Of a DNA stretch of 60,036 nt, positions 47,892 through 57,712 are shown in pieces (position 1 is the stretch's first letter; every line of letters begins with the position of its first letter). The notes below the pieces were generated by a model that ran no database searches, was not told the DNA's origin, and saw nothing but the letters and a program-made list of their open reading frames with translations. Both the position numbers and the translations under genes were made by a program. This DNA comes from Candidatus Methylomirabilota bacterium (GTDB taxonomy: Bacteria > Methylomirabilota > Methylomirabilia > Rokubacteriales > CSP1-6), in assembly GCA_046727415.1 (NCBI GenBank), contig JBKPCO010000068.1, positions 1 through 60,036 of the forward strand. Direction: 5' to 3'.

Positions 47892-48914
47892 TCACGCGCT
47901 CCTTGGTCGGGTGCCCGTTCGCAGCGCGTACGAGCTCAGCACTCTCATGTAGTTCGCGCGCTCGAACGCAGCCGGCTCCGCCACCGATCGGTAGCTCAGG
48001 CTCCCCTGCATCTGCGCGATCGACGCGTACTCGTGTTCCTCCATCCACTGCAGGAGATCCGCGCGCACGCGTCCCAAGTACGCGATGCCGTTCTGCAGGA
48101 GCGCAGACGTCATCATCGCCACCCGAGCGCCGGCCATCATCGACTTCAAGACCTGCGCCGAGCCGTGCACGCCTCCGGTCACCGCGAGGTCTGCGCGCAC
48201 ACGGCCGTAGAGAATGGCGACCCAGTGCAAACGCACCAGCACCTCGGGCGGATTCGACAACGTCAGCCGTGGGGTCACCTCGCGCCGTTCGAGATCGAAA
48301 TCTGGTAGATAGAAGCGGTTGAAGAGGACCAGCCCGTCGGCGCCCGCGTCCGCGAGACGCTGCGCGAGATTGGCGATCGCGCTGAACACATGCCCGAGCT
48401 TCACCGCGACCGGGATCGAAAGGTTACGCTTCACATTCCGCACGAGGTCGACGTACATCTGCTCGACCTGGCCACCGGTCAGTTGTGGATCCGTGGGAAC
48501 ATAGTAGACGTTCAGCTCGAGCGCGTCGGCGCCCGCCTGCTCGATCTTCTTCGCGAACTCGATCCAGCCGCCCGTCGACACGCCGTTCAGACTCCCGATG
48601 ACCGGAATCCTTACTGTCTCCTTCGCGCGCCGCACGTGTTCGAGATACGCGTCCGGCCCGAGGTTGTACCCGGTGAGGTCCGGGAAGTAATCGCGCGCCT
48701 CGGCATAGCTCTCGGCCCCCCGCGTCAGGTACCGATCGAGGTGGGTGCTTTCGACGTCGAGCTGCTCTTCGAACAGCGAATGCAGGACGACCGCAGCCGC
48801 CCCCGCGTCCTCCATCGCGCGGATGTTATCGAGGCTCCCGCACAACGGCGAGGCCGAAGCGACCAGCGGACTGGTGAGCGACAAGCCGAGATACCGCGTC
48901 GACAGGTCAATCAT
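47892..48914 (-). CDS. dihydroorotate dehydrogenase-like protein (PFOR-associated type)
   Basis: [46 protein letters not shown]. Confidence 0.9.
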   Translation of the reverse strand: MIDLSTRYLGLSLTSPLVASASPLCGSLDNIRAMEDAGAAAVVLHSLFEEQLDVESTHLDRYLTRGAESYAEARDYFPDLTGYNLGPDAYLEHVRRAKETVRIPVIGSLNGVSTGGWIEFAKKIEQAGADALELNVYYVPTDPQLTGGQVEQMYVDLVRNVKRNLSIPVAVKLGHVFSAIANLAQRLADAGADGLVLFNRFYLPDFDLERREVTPRLTLSNPPEVLVRLHWVAILYGRVRADLAVTGGVHGSAQVLKSMMAGARVAMMTSALLQNGIAYLGRVRADLLQWMEEHEYASIAQMQGSLSYRSVAEPAAFERANYMRVLSSYALRTGTRPRSA

Positions 48915-49021
48915 GCACGCCTCCGGCCGCGACCGGCATTGCTGAGCCCGTAGGCGATACCAGCGGCCGCCTCATTGCCGTCGATCCTGACGGTCGCGGC
49001 CCGGTCATGCGTTTCCGCCAT
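48911..49021 (-). pseudogene. remnant of pyruvate:ferredoxin/flavodoxin oxidoreductase (nifJ/por-like)
   Basis: 36-aa ORF with [12 protein letters not shown], the PFOR N-terminal signature, overlapping (ATGA) the DHOD-like start. Confidence 0.65.
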
Positions 49022-49351
49022 GATGATGACGACGTCCAAGATACGTGCCATGCAATTCGTCGGCGTCGGACAGAGGACAGGCGCCGTCTTTTCGCGAACT
49101 TCAGTGAGACCGCCGGGCCGACCGCCGCCGCAGCCTGGCGGGTTCGCCAGAGGCCCGATGAGGCGCGGTCGCCTCAGTGGGGCAGTCAGGGACCGACATC
49201 CGCGGAGTTCGAACTGCGGCAGTTCTGTTTCAGCGTGCCGTGTCTGACCGCGTTTCGGTTCGGTCCAAGAAGCTGCCCGCAAAGGTGCGACAAGGGCTGG
49301 GGAGGCCGACCGGCGCTCGCGCCGCCGTGGGAAGCGAGCTATCGTTGACAC

Positions 49352-50608
49352 ATGTCGCGCCTCACCACCAGAAAGCGAGCGCGCCTCCCGGACAGGGCCT
49401 TCGCATACATCGACTCTCGCGGCCGTCGCCGGCTGCCGGTCCACGACAAGGCGCACGTGAAGAATGCTCTGGCCCGGTTCAGCCAGGTCGTCTTCGAGAC
49501 CGATGCCTCTCGGGAGCAAGCACGCCGCCGGCTGCTCAACGCGGCGAAGAAGTTCCGCATCGTGCCCGTCGGGTTCATCACCGGACAGCTGCAATCCGAG
49601 CAGCGGCACGCCAGGACGGGTCGCCTCGTGATCGAGCTCGGACGGAACCCGGCACCGGGCGAGCTGGAACGGCGATTGCGGACCGTCCTTCGTGATCCCA
49701 CGCTCACCGTTCTGCACTGGTCCGATGCTGCGGGGGCGTACATGGACAGCACCGGCAAGCCCGCTCCGCTGCCGGCGGAAGGCGACCAGCGTGGCGTGAC
49801 GTATCTCGAGCGCCAGGGGCGGCCGATGACGGCGCTGGTGCACAACCCGATGACCCTCGATGATGCGGATCTCTCGGAGACCGTGCTGACGGCCGTCCGC
49901 TTCGTCGTCGAAAAGGAGCGCCTGCACGGCCAGATCCAGGCGACATCGACCGATGCCGCGGCCCTGCCCACCGGCTTCGTCACACTGCTCATGACCGACA
50001 TCGAGGCGTCGACCGGCCTGCTCCGCAGGCTGGGCGATGGCTATGGCGCGCTGCTGAACGACGTCAGATCAATCGTCCGGAGAGCGGTATCACGAGGGAG
50101 CGGCCGGGAAATCGATGCGCGCGCCGACGAGTTCTTTGCGGTCTTTGGTCGCGCCGCGGCCGCTATCGAGGCGGCGGTGGCCATCCAGCAGATGCTCCGC
50201 AACCACACCTGGCCCGACGATCTGGACGTGCGGGTGCGTGTCGGCATTCACAGCGGCCACCCGACACTGACGGATGTCGGGTACATCGGCCTGGCCGTCC
50301 ACACTACGGCCCGCCTCTGCGCGGCGGCGCATGGAGGGCAGATCGTAGTGTCCGCCACCACCAGAGCGGCAGCCGGGAAATCGACGTCGAGCGGCTTCCG
50401 ATTTCGGAGCCTCGGTCGACATCGCCTTCCGGGCCTTCCCGACGCCGAGATCCTCTTCCAGGTTCAGGCGCAGGGACTACGCCTCAGCTTCCCGCCCCCT
50501 CGCACCGGCCGTCGCTCGGCACCACGCCGCCGCCAGAAGGAGAGTGGGGATGGCGTGCGTCGGACGCCTCCCGAATATGGTCAGCTGGAGCTTCCCGAGC
50601 TCACCTGA
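49352..50608 (+). CDS. class III adenylate/guanylate cyclase with N-terminal DUF6582-like domain
   Basis: LPDRAFAYIDS..RRLPVHDKAHVKNALARF; TLLMTDIEAST, ADEFFAVF, RVRVGIHSG, GLAVHTTARL, GGQIVVS. Confidence 0.85.
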   Translation: MSRLTTRKRARLPDRAFAYIDSRGRRRLPVHDKAHVKNALARFSQVVFETDASREQARRRLLNAAKKFRIVPVGFITGQLQSEQRHARTGRLVIELGRNPAPGELERRLRTVLRDPTLTVLHWSDAAGAYMDSTGKPAPLPAEGDQRGVTYLERQGRPMTALVHNPMTLDDADLSETVLTAVRFVVEKERLHGQIQATSTDAAALPTGFVTLLMTDIEASTGLLRRLGDGYGALLNDVRSIVRRAVSRGSGREIDARADEFFAVFGRAAAAIEAAVAIQQMLRNHTWPDDLDVRVRVGIHSGHPTLTDVGYIGLAVHTTARLCAAAHGGQIVVSATTRAAAGKSTSSGFRFRSLGRHRLPGLPDAEILFQVQAQGLRLSFPPPRTGRRSAPRRRQKESGDGVRRTPPEYGQLELPELT

Positions 50609-50641
50609 GCGCGCGTGACGTCGAAATATGCCCTCACTGCC

Positions 50642-50950
50642 TCACGACACGCGTTGCACGAAGGATCGGTCCTCGACCAGGATGACGCCCGCCTGCCCGG
50701 CCCGGCGCGCCACCTCGAGATGCTCCGGATCAGCAGCGAGCGCCTCGCGATATCGCTCGTAGACAGCGAGGCTGGGGAAGTCGATGAGAGAAAGCGCACT
50801 GTTGGTGGGGCCGGCGAACTTCGTCGGCGCGTAGTAGCCGACCACCTTACCGCCACAGCGCTCGATCGGCGCGGCGATGGCGCGCGCATAGGCCTCGAAG
50901 TCGGCGAGCTTGTTCGCGTCCAGTGTGTAGCGAATGCACAGCGTGATCAT
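50642..50950 (-). CDS. NIPSNAP family protein
   Basis: IRYTLD...FEAYA...GYYAP...FPSLAVYERYR...EDRSF; GAGGAGG RBS. Confidence 0.85.
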   Translation of the reverse strand: MITLCIRYTLDANKLADFEAYARAIAAPIERCGGKVVGYYAPTKFAGPTNSALSLIDFPSLAVYERYREALAADPEHLEVARRAGQAGVILVEDRSFVQRVS

Positions 50951-51050
50951 TGGCGTCCTCCTCTTGTTTGCGATCTCTCACGTCGCAGTATCGCGCGCGC
51001 CGGACACGGGTCCACGCCGAACGCTTCGATGGGGACCAAACCATCGCGCC

Positions 51051-51079
51051 TTGTCTCTCTACAGCCCACGGTCTACGCT
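51051..51079 (+). promoter_or_regulatory. sigma70-type leaderless promoter
   Basis: TTGTCT-17bp-TACGCT-6bp-ATG. Confidence 0.5.
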
Positions 51080-51085
51080 GGGGCA

Positions 51086-51844
51086 ATGCGTGACACCGAC
51101 ATACTGGCGGACGTGGCCCGGCTCCTCGGCGAACCCGCGCGGACGCGCATCCTCACCGCGCTGCTTAGCGGTTGTGCATTCACGGGGAAGGAGCTGGCCT
51201 ACTTTGCCGGCGTGACGGCGGCAACGGCGAGCAGCCATCTATCCAGGCTGGTCGCCGGCGAATTACTGGTCATGGAGAAGCAGGGGCGGTTCCACTACTA
51301 CCGGCTCAAGTCCGCCGACGTCGCTCGCGCGATCGAGGGGTTGATGACGGTGGCGGCGTCAGTGACCCCGGCTGGGTGGCCGCCCGGCCACCGCGTGGAG
51401 GCTGCTCTCCGCAACGCGCGCATGTGCTATGACCACATGGCCGGCCGTCTCGGGGTCTCTCTGTGCGACATGATGGTGCGGCGCGGGCACCTAGTGCTCG
51501 TCGACGACGGCGCCGAGGTGACGGATGTCGGCGCGAGGTTCCTCGCGGGCGTCGGCGTCGACCTCGATCGCGCACGCGGGGCCAAGCGGCGGTACTGCCG
51601 TTCGTGCATCGATTGGACGGAGCGCCGCCGGCACATCTCCGGCGCCGTGGGGGCAGCCCTCGCCAAGGCGTTTCTCGAGCACGAGTGGATTTCGCGTGTC
51701 CGGGACAGTCGGGCCCTCACCATCACGCCGGGCGGACGGAAGAAGTTGACGGACCTAGGGGTGGTCGTCGATCCCTTGACGGCAGGTCCTCAGGCTTCCG
51801 ACGTTTCGCAGAGCATCCGGCTTTCCATGGTGAGCCAGAACTGA
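51086..51844 (+). CDS. ArsR family transcriptional regulator (CYDH/CxDW extended type)
   Basis: LLGEPARTRIL, TASSHLSRL, RMCYDHMAGRLGV, CIDWTERRRHISG. Confidence 0.9.
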   Translation: MRDTDILADVARLLGEPARTRILTALLSGCAFTGKELAYFAGVTAATASSHLSRLVAGELLVMEKQGRFHYYRLKSADVARAIEGLMTVAASVTPAGWPPGHRVEAALRNARMCYDHMAGRLGVSLCDMMVRRGHLVLVDDGAEVTDVGARFLAGVGVDLDRARGAKRRYCRSCIDWTERRRHISGAVGAALAKAFLEHEWISRVRDSRALTITPGGRKKLTDLGVVVDPLTAGPQASDVSQSIRLSMVSQN

Positions 51845-51982
51845 GGGGCGTCCCGCGCGTGGTCGTCGCGCTCCGCGACAAGACGAGGTGCGGCGGGAAG
51901 GGCCGAGCGGGGCAAGAACTGGTTATGCAGCGCCGGAGTCTGCAGCCCGAATCTCCCGGTGGAGCGGCAGCGTCCAAACGGG

Positions 51983-52357
51983 ATGGAACGTCTGATGAGA
52001 GCGACGATCGACACACCCGCTCGCCCCGACTCGACGGAAAGCGCGACGGCCGCGCTCGCTTCGGTCTTGGCTGGCCGGTCTGGTCTGACCATGATTCTCT
52101 TCCGGGACGACCAATCAGCCTCTGACATCCTGGCCACGATCCTCTTCGAGGTAGCGCACGGCTTCGCTGATCGCAATCCACCGATCCAGGTCGACGTCCG
52201 CGATCAGCCCGCGCTCACCGCGCTGTACAACGTCCGGACGACACCGACGATCCTGCTCGTGAAGGACGGCGTGGTCGTCGACCGGGTGGTCGGAACGCCA
52301 ACCAGGATCCTCCTGGAGAGCCTCCTCCGCGCACGGATACCGGGCGCTCCGCCCTAA
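51983..52357 (+). CDS. thioredoxin-fold protein lacking CxxC
   Basis: QVDVRDQPALTALYNVRTTPTILLVKDGVVVDRVVG. Confidence 0.65.
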   Translation: MERLMRATIDTPARPDSTESATAALASVLAGRSGLTMILFRDDQSASDILATILFEVAHGFADRNPPIQVDVRDQPALTALYNVRTTPTILLVKDGVVVDRVVGTPTRILLESLLRARIPGAPP

Positions 52358-52441
52358 TATCGCGTCTGGGCCCCCGGCACCAGGGAGTGCTTCCCGGGTG
52401 AGGTCTGGGTAAACGAAGGGGGTTAGCGGCCTCTGCGTCCG

Positions 52442-52921
52442 CTAACCCCTGGTCGTCTTGCGGATGCTGCCGAAATGTTCGTCGATGTGGCCGAGAAGAG
52501 CACCCTTGACCATCTCCTCGGCGCTCATCGGGGGCATCCCCGTGAACACAGTGCCGGTCTTCGCCAACTCGACATCGGAGAGGCCGCGCACGGCCGCAGC
52601 CGCCGTCGCAGCTCCCTTCTGGTGGAGCGCGATTGTCTCCTGCTTCGTACAGCCGGCGAACTCCTTGGCATGTTGGGCGTTCATCTCGTCGAGCATCTCA
52701 CGTGTGAAGTGTGGCAATGCCTGGCCGGCGGCGATCGTCTTGATGATGTGAGTTATCGGCTCGTAGCTGCTGGCGACGTGGTGCGCCGTCGCGGCGACCG
52801 TCCACTTCTCAGCGGCCGTCGTTCTCTTCCAGTCGGCATCGGTCAGCTTCTCGAGAAGAGCCGTGGCCTCCTTCGCCTTGGCCTCGAACTGCTCGGCAAA
52901 TGCCTCTCCCTTGGTTTCCAT
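52442..52921 (-). CDS. DinB / maleylpyruvate isomerase N-terminal-like protein
   Basis: LTDADW...WTVAATAHHVA...GHIDEHFGSI; AAGGAGG RBS. Confidence 0.8.
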   Translation of the reverse strand: METKGEAFAEQFEAKAKEATALLEKLTDADWKRTTAAEKWTVAATAHHVASSYEPITHIIKTIAAGQALPHFTREMLDEMNAQHAKEFAGCTKQETIALHQKGAATAAAAVRGLSDVELAKTGTVFTGMPPMSAEEMVKGALLGHIDEHFGSIRKTTRG

Positions 52922-52979
52922 GGTGTCCTCCTTGGTTTCCCTTGGCCACCCATTGCTCGTTGTTGCTCATGACATTCAT

Positions 52980-53020
52980 TTACCGCCGGGTGGCGAACAG
53001 TGGGAGTTACAAGTGTGACG
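52980..53020 (-). promoter_or_regulatory. conserved promoter/operator motif (TTGTAACTCCC-N19-TAAATG), copy B
   Basis: 34/42 identical to 9118-9159, ~60 nt upstream of the DinB-like ATG. Confidence 0.6.
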
Positions 53021-53072
53021 CGAGTCCGGGGTGTGCCGGAAGAAGGCGGAAGATATGCTCCGACTGCTCAGC

Positions 53073-54515
53073 TCACTTCGGCGTGGCTTCGCCCTGCCCC
53101 GCCCACTGCGCGTCCGTCAGCGTCCAGCCACCGCCGAGCGCCCGGTAGAGCTGCGCGTAGGCGAGCAGACGGTTCTGCCGAATCTGGGCGAGTGTGTTCT
53201 GGGCGGGGTAGAGCTGCTGCTGGGCTTCGAGCACCTCGAAATAGTTGGCCAGACCTTGCCGATAGCGAGCCATCGCGTGGTCGACGGCCTCCGCGAGCGC
53301 CTTCACCGCAATATCCTGCGCCGTCTCGGCCGCGCTCAGCTTGCCCAGCGCGGTGAGCGCGTCCGAGACTTCGCGCAGCGCGAGGAGGACGGTTTGCTCG
53401 TACTGCAGCCGCGCCTGTTCCGACTGCGCGGTGGTGGCGCGATAGGCTCCCAGCGTGCGGCCGGCGTTGAGAAGCGGCCCGCTCACGAGGCCGGCGACTG
53501 CCCAGATCGTCGCGCTTCCGCTCGTGAGCGAAGAAAGCTCGGGGCTGGCCGTGCCGAGGAGCGCCGTCAGGCTGAGCTTCGGAAAGAATTCGGCCTTGGC
53601 GACGCCGATTCGCGCATTGGCGCTCACGAGCGCTTGCTCCGCCTGGCGAAGATCGGGACGGCGCTCGAGCAAGGTCGACGGCAGCCCGGCCGGCACCGAG
53701 GGGACGACGACCTGCTCGTACATCGGCTTTCCACGATTAATCGGGCCTGGCGCCTTGCCCAGCAGGACGCTGATCTGGTTTTCCTTGGCAATGATGTCGC
53801 TCTCGATCAGCGGAATGTTGGCCTGCGCATCGCCGAGTGCACCGAGCGCGCGCGACGTCTCGAGCTTCGACGCCACGCCCAGGTTGAGGCGATCGAGGAA
53901 CAGATCGTACGTGCGCTGATAGGCCTCCGCGCTGTCCCGCGCGATCTGCAGGCGCACGTCGAGAGCCAGGAGCTCGAAGTAAGCCTGCGCCAGGTCGCTG
54001 ACCAGCGTCAGCCAGACGGCCCGACGCGCGTCCTCGGTGGCCAGCAGCGCGGCGCGAGCGGACTCGTTCGAGCGACGGATGCGACCCCAGATGTCGAGCT
54101 CCCAAGACATGCTCGTCGACGCGGAGAAGAAGTTGGTCGAGTTGGGCACCGGGCCGCCGGGGCTCCCCAGGATGCCGGGGCCGACCTTGCTCTTTCCGGC
54201 GCCGAGAGTGTAGTTGATTGACGGGAAGTAGTCCGAGCGCGCGACGCCGACATTCGCGCGTGCCTCCTGCACCCGTGCAGCGGCTATAGCCGCGTCGTAG
54301 TTACTGCGTAGCGCCTCCTGGATCAGCCCCTTCAAGATCGGATCCTGGAACACCTCCCACCACGGCGCATCCGCGAACGACACCGCCTCCGCCGTCTCCT
54401 GGCCCCGGAAGGTGGGCGGCTCGGCAACGGCGGGACGTTTGTAGTCGGGACCAATCGCACAGCCGGCGAGCGCCGCCGCCGCGACGAGCATCCACGCGGA
54501 AGCCCGAGATCTCAC
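53073..54515 (-). CDS. RND efflux outer membrane lipoprotein (NodT/OprM family)
   Basis: lipobox LAGC, GPDYKRP, SWELDIWGR, LLERRPD, LYRALGGGW. Confidence 0.95.
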   Translation of the reverse strand: MRSRASAWMLVAAAALAGCAIGPDYKRPAVAEPPTFRGQETAEAVSFADAPWWEVFQDPILKGLIQEALRSNYDAAIAAARVQEARANVGVARSDYFPSINYTLGAGKSKVGPGILGSPGGPVPNSTNFFSASTSMSWELDIWGRIRRSNESARAALLATEDARRAVWLTLVSDLAQAYFELLALDVRLQIARDSAEAYQRTYDLFLDRLNLGVASKLETSRALGALGDAQANIPLIESDIIAKENQISVLLGKAPGPINRGKPMYEQVVVPSVPAGLPSTLLERRPDLRQAEQALVSANARIGVAKAEFFPKLSLTALLGTASPELSSLTSGSATIWAVAGLVSGPLLNAGRTLGAYRATTAQSEQARLQYEQTVLLALREVSDALTALGKLSAAETAQDIAVKALAEAVDHAMARYRQGLANYFEVLEAQQQLYPAQNTLAQIRQNRLLAYAQLYRALGGGWTLTDAQWAGQGEATPK

Positions 54516-57500
54516 GGACGCGATGCACCCGGCGAGGGCTCGTCGCCGACCCCGCCGGAAATCGCCGCCGGAGCGGCTACCGGCCGGGCGGCGGCAAGCG
54601 GAGTTCGGCGGAAACGCTCACTGACGTAGAAGCTCACCGAGATGAAAAGACTGGCGATGAGCGTGTCGGTCAGCATCCCGCCGATCACGACGGTGCCAAG
54701 GACCCGACGTGCAACCGCGCCGGCACCGGACGCGGTCCACAACGGCACGCAGCCCAGGATGAACGCGAACGAAGTCATGAAGAGGGCGCGCCGACGCACA
54801 CGAACGCCTTCGAGCGCGGCGTCGACGAGCGACATGCCCCCCTCGTAGGCGACCTTGGCAAACTCGACGATGAGGATCGCGTTCTTGGCCGCGAGGCCGA
54901 TCACCATGAGCATGCCGATCTGCGAGAAGACGTCGAGCTCGAAGCCGCGAAGCCAGAGCGCTCCGAGAGCGCCAAACATCGCGATGGGCGTGGCGAGCAG
55001 GACGGCGAACGGAAGCGTCCAGCTCTCGTACAGGGCGGCCATGAGCAAGAACACCACCAGCACCGAGAAGCCGATCACGACGCTCGCCGGCACCCCCTGG
55101 GCAGCCACCTGCTCCTGGAACGACATCCCCGAGTAGTCGAAGCCCATGTCACGCGACATGGTTTGCGCGAATACCTCCTCGAGGGCCTGCATCCCCTGCC
55201 GGGTGGAGTAGCCTGGCGCGAGAAGTCCGTTGATCTGCGCTGCGCGATACTCGTTGAACCGCGTCGTGAATTCCGGGCCGTTGACCTCTCTCATCCGGAC
55301 CAGCGTGGACAACGGCACCGGCTGTCCGGCGGCGTTGCGCACATAGAACCGGCCGACGTTGTCGGCATGGGTCCGGAACTCGCCCTCGGCCTGGACGTAC
55401 ACCTGCCAGACCCGTCCGTACTGGTTGAAATAGTTCACGAAGGCCCCTCCGAGGAAAGCCTGGAGGGCCTGATAGACCGAGCTCAGATTGATCCCTTGCT
55501 TCAGGACCTTGTCGCGATCCACGTCGGCGAAGAACTGCGGCACACTCGGCAGCAGGGTCGTGAAGAGTCGTGCGAACTCGGGCCGCTTGCGGGCGGCGGT
55601 CAGAAATCTGTCCGTGCTCTCGGCGAGGAACGCGGGATCCTTGCCGGAGCGATCCTCCAGAATGAAGGTCACGCCACCGGATGTGCCGATGCCGGGAATC
55701 GCCGGCGGTGAGAACGCGAAGACCTGAGCCTCGGCCACGCCGGCCAGCTTCTGGTTCAGCTGTCGAATGATCACTTCGGCCGTGAGCCCATGCTTGTTGC
55801 GCTCGTCCCAGTCTTGCAGCGTGATGAAGTAGAACGAGTTGTAGGTCGTCGTGACCAGGCTCAGCAGGCTGAAGCCCGCCACGCCCGTGTAGTACTTGAT
55901 CCCCGGCTGGCTCTTGAAGATCGCGTCGAGCTTGTCGTTCACCACTGCGGTGCGATCGAGCGAGGCGGCCATGGGAAGCTGGCCGTTGGCGAAGATGTAG
56001 CCCTGGTCCTCCTCCGGGACGAACCCTCCGGGAAGTCGGAGGCCGAGGAGGCCCGATACGGCCGCCGCGGCGAGCAGCAGGAGGATCGCGAAGGCGGCCT
56101 TGCGGATCAGGATGCGGCTTCCATTGAGATACCCGGCCATCACGCGCTCGAAAACGCGGTTGAAGCCGCGGAAGAACCACCCGAGCGGGCCGCGCATCTC
56201 GCGCTTCTCTCTCAGTAATAGCGCCGCGAGCGCCGGGCTCAGCGTGAGCGCGTTGAAGGCCGAGATCAAGACGGACACCGCGATGGTGACCGCGAACTGC
56301 TGGTACATGCGCCCGGTGATGCCCGGGATGAACGCCGTCGGAATGAACACCGCGGCCATGACGAGCGCGATGGCCACCACCGGTCCCGACACCTCGTCCA
56401 TCGCCTTCAACGCGGCGTCGCGCGGGGAAAGCCCCTGCTCGATGTGCTGCTCGACGGCCTCGACCACCACGATGGCGTCGTCGACCACGAGGCCGATGGC
56501 TAGCACGAGGCCGAAGAGCGACAGTGTGTTGATCGAGAATCCCAGCAGGGGAAAGACCATGAACGCGCCGACGAGGGCCACGGGCACCGCCAGCAGCGGG
56601 ATGAGCGTCGTACGGAAGCCCTGCAGGAAGACGAAGACGACGAGCACGACCAGCAGGAGCGCCTCGACCAGCGTCTTCGCGATCTCCTTGATCCCCGCGC
56701 TGACTGCGAGCGTCGTGTCGAGGGCCGTCACGTAATCCAGGTCGGCAGGGAACCGCGCCTTCATCTCGTCCATCAGCTTCGTCGCGCCCCGCATGGTGTC
56801 GATGGCATTCGAGCCGGGCAGCTGGTAGACCGCAACGATTGCCGCCGGCTGACCGTTCAGGCGTCCGCGTCGGATGTAGTTCTGCGCGCCGAGCTCCACG
56901 CGCGAGACGTCCTTCAGCCGCACCAGCGCGCCGTCCGGCTTGGCCCGCACGACGACGTTCTCGAACTCCGCGAGGCTCCTCAAGCGCCCTTGCGCCAGCA
57001 CCGTGTACGTGAATTCTTGGCCGCGCGGGATCGGATCGCCGCCCAGCTGGCCTGCCGGGTTGACGGTGTTCTGCGCCTGCAGTGCACTGGCGATCTCGTT
57101 GACGGTGATGTCGAGCTTCGCGAGCGTGTCGGGGTTGATCCACAGGCGGATCGCGTACTGCGACGCCCCGAAGATTTGCACCTGACCGATGCCGGGCACC
57201 CGCGTCATCGGGTCGTTGATGTTGACGTACGCATAGTTGGCGAGGAACAGCGGGTCGTACGTGCCCTTCGGCGAGTACAGGACGAAGAGCCCGAGCGGCG
57301 CCGTGACGGACTTGATGACGGTGACGCCCTGGTTCACCACATCGGGCGGAAGCTGGGAGGCGGCCTGCGAGTAGCGCAGGTTCGTCAGCACCTGGTCGAC
57401 GCTCGGGTCGGTAGTGACGTCGAAGTTCACGCGCAGCTGCATCTGGCTGCCGGCGCTCTGGTTCAGCGAGTACATGTACAGCATCTTGTCGACGCCACTC

Positions 57501-57706
57501 ATTTGCTGCTCGATCGGCGTGGCCACCGATTGCTCGAGCGTTACGGCGTCGGCGCCCGGGTACCGCGCGGTCAACAAAATCTCCGGTGGCGCGATGTTGG
57601 GATAGAGCGCGACGGGGAGCTGCACCATCGCGACGACGCCGAGGATCACCATGAGGATGGAGATGACCATGGCGACGATCGGCCGGTTGATGAAGAACCG
57701 CGGCAT
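54512..57706 (-). CDS. RND efflux permease (AcrB/HAE1 family)
   Basis: FFINRPI, GLVVDDAIVVVE, NALTLSPAL, AKNAILIVEFA. Confidence 0.96.
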   Translation of the reverse strand: MPRFFINRPIVAMVISILMVILGVVAMVQLPVALYPNIAPPEILLTARYPGADAVTLEQSVATPIEQQMSGVDKMLYMYSLNQSAGSQMQLRVNFDVTTDPSVDQVLTNLRYSQAASQLPPDVVNQGVTVIKSVTAPLGLFVLYSPKGTYDPLFLANYAYVNINDPMTRVPGIGQVQIFGASQYAIRLWINPDTLAKLDITVNEIASALQAQNTVNPAGQLGGDPIPRGQEFTYTVLAQGRLRSLAEFENVVVRAKPDGALVRLKDVSRVELGAQNYIRRGRLNGQPAAIVAVYQLPGSNAIDTMRGATKLMDEMKARFPADLDYVTALDTTLAVSAGIKEIAKTLVEALLLVVLVVFVFLQGFRTTLIPLLAVPVALVGAFMVFPLLGFSINTLSLFGLVLAIGLVVDDAIVVVEAVEQHIEQGLSPRDAALKAMDEVSGPVVAIALVMAAVFIPTAFIPGITGRMYQQFAVTIAVSVLISAFNALTLSPALAALLLREKREMRGPLGWFFRGFNRVFERVMAGYLNGSRILIRKAAFAILLLLAAAAVSGLLGLRLPGGFVPEEDQGYIFANGQLPMAASLDRTAVVNDKLDAIFKSQPGIKYYTGVAGFSLLSLVTTTYNSFYFITLQDWDERNKHGLTAEVIIRQLNQKLAGVAEAQVFAFSPPAIPGIGTSGGVTFILEDRSGKDPAFLAESTDRFLTAARKRPEFARLFTTLLPSVPQFFADVDRDKVLKQGINLSSVYQALQAFLGGAFVNYFNQYGRVWQVYVQAEGEFRTHADNVGRFYVRNAAGQPVPLSTLVRMREVNGPEFTTRFNEYRAAQINGLLAPGYSTRQGMQALEEVFAQTMSRDMGFDYSGMSFQEQVAAQGVPASVVIGFSVLVVFLLMAALYESWTLPFAVLLATPIAMFGALGALWLRGFELDVFSQIGMLMVIGLAAKNAILIVEFAKVAYEGGMSLVDAALEGVRVRRRALFMTSFAFILGCVPLWTASGAGAVARRVLGTVVIGGMLTDTLIASLFISVSFYVSERFRRTPLAAARPVAAPAAISGGVGDEPSPGASRP

Positions 57707-57712
57707 GTGGGT

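Noticed and set aside
49035-49050. sigma54-like TGGCACG-N4-TTGGA upstream of the PFOR stub
   Set aside because: The -12 reads GG instead of GC and it lies too close to the ATG
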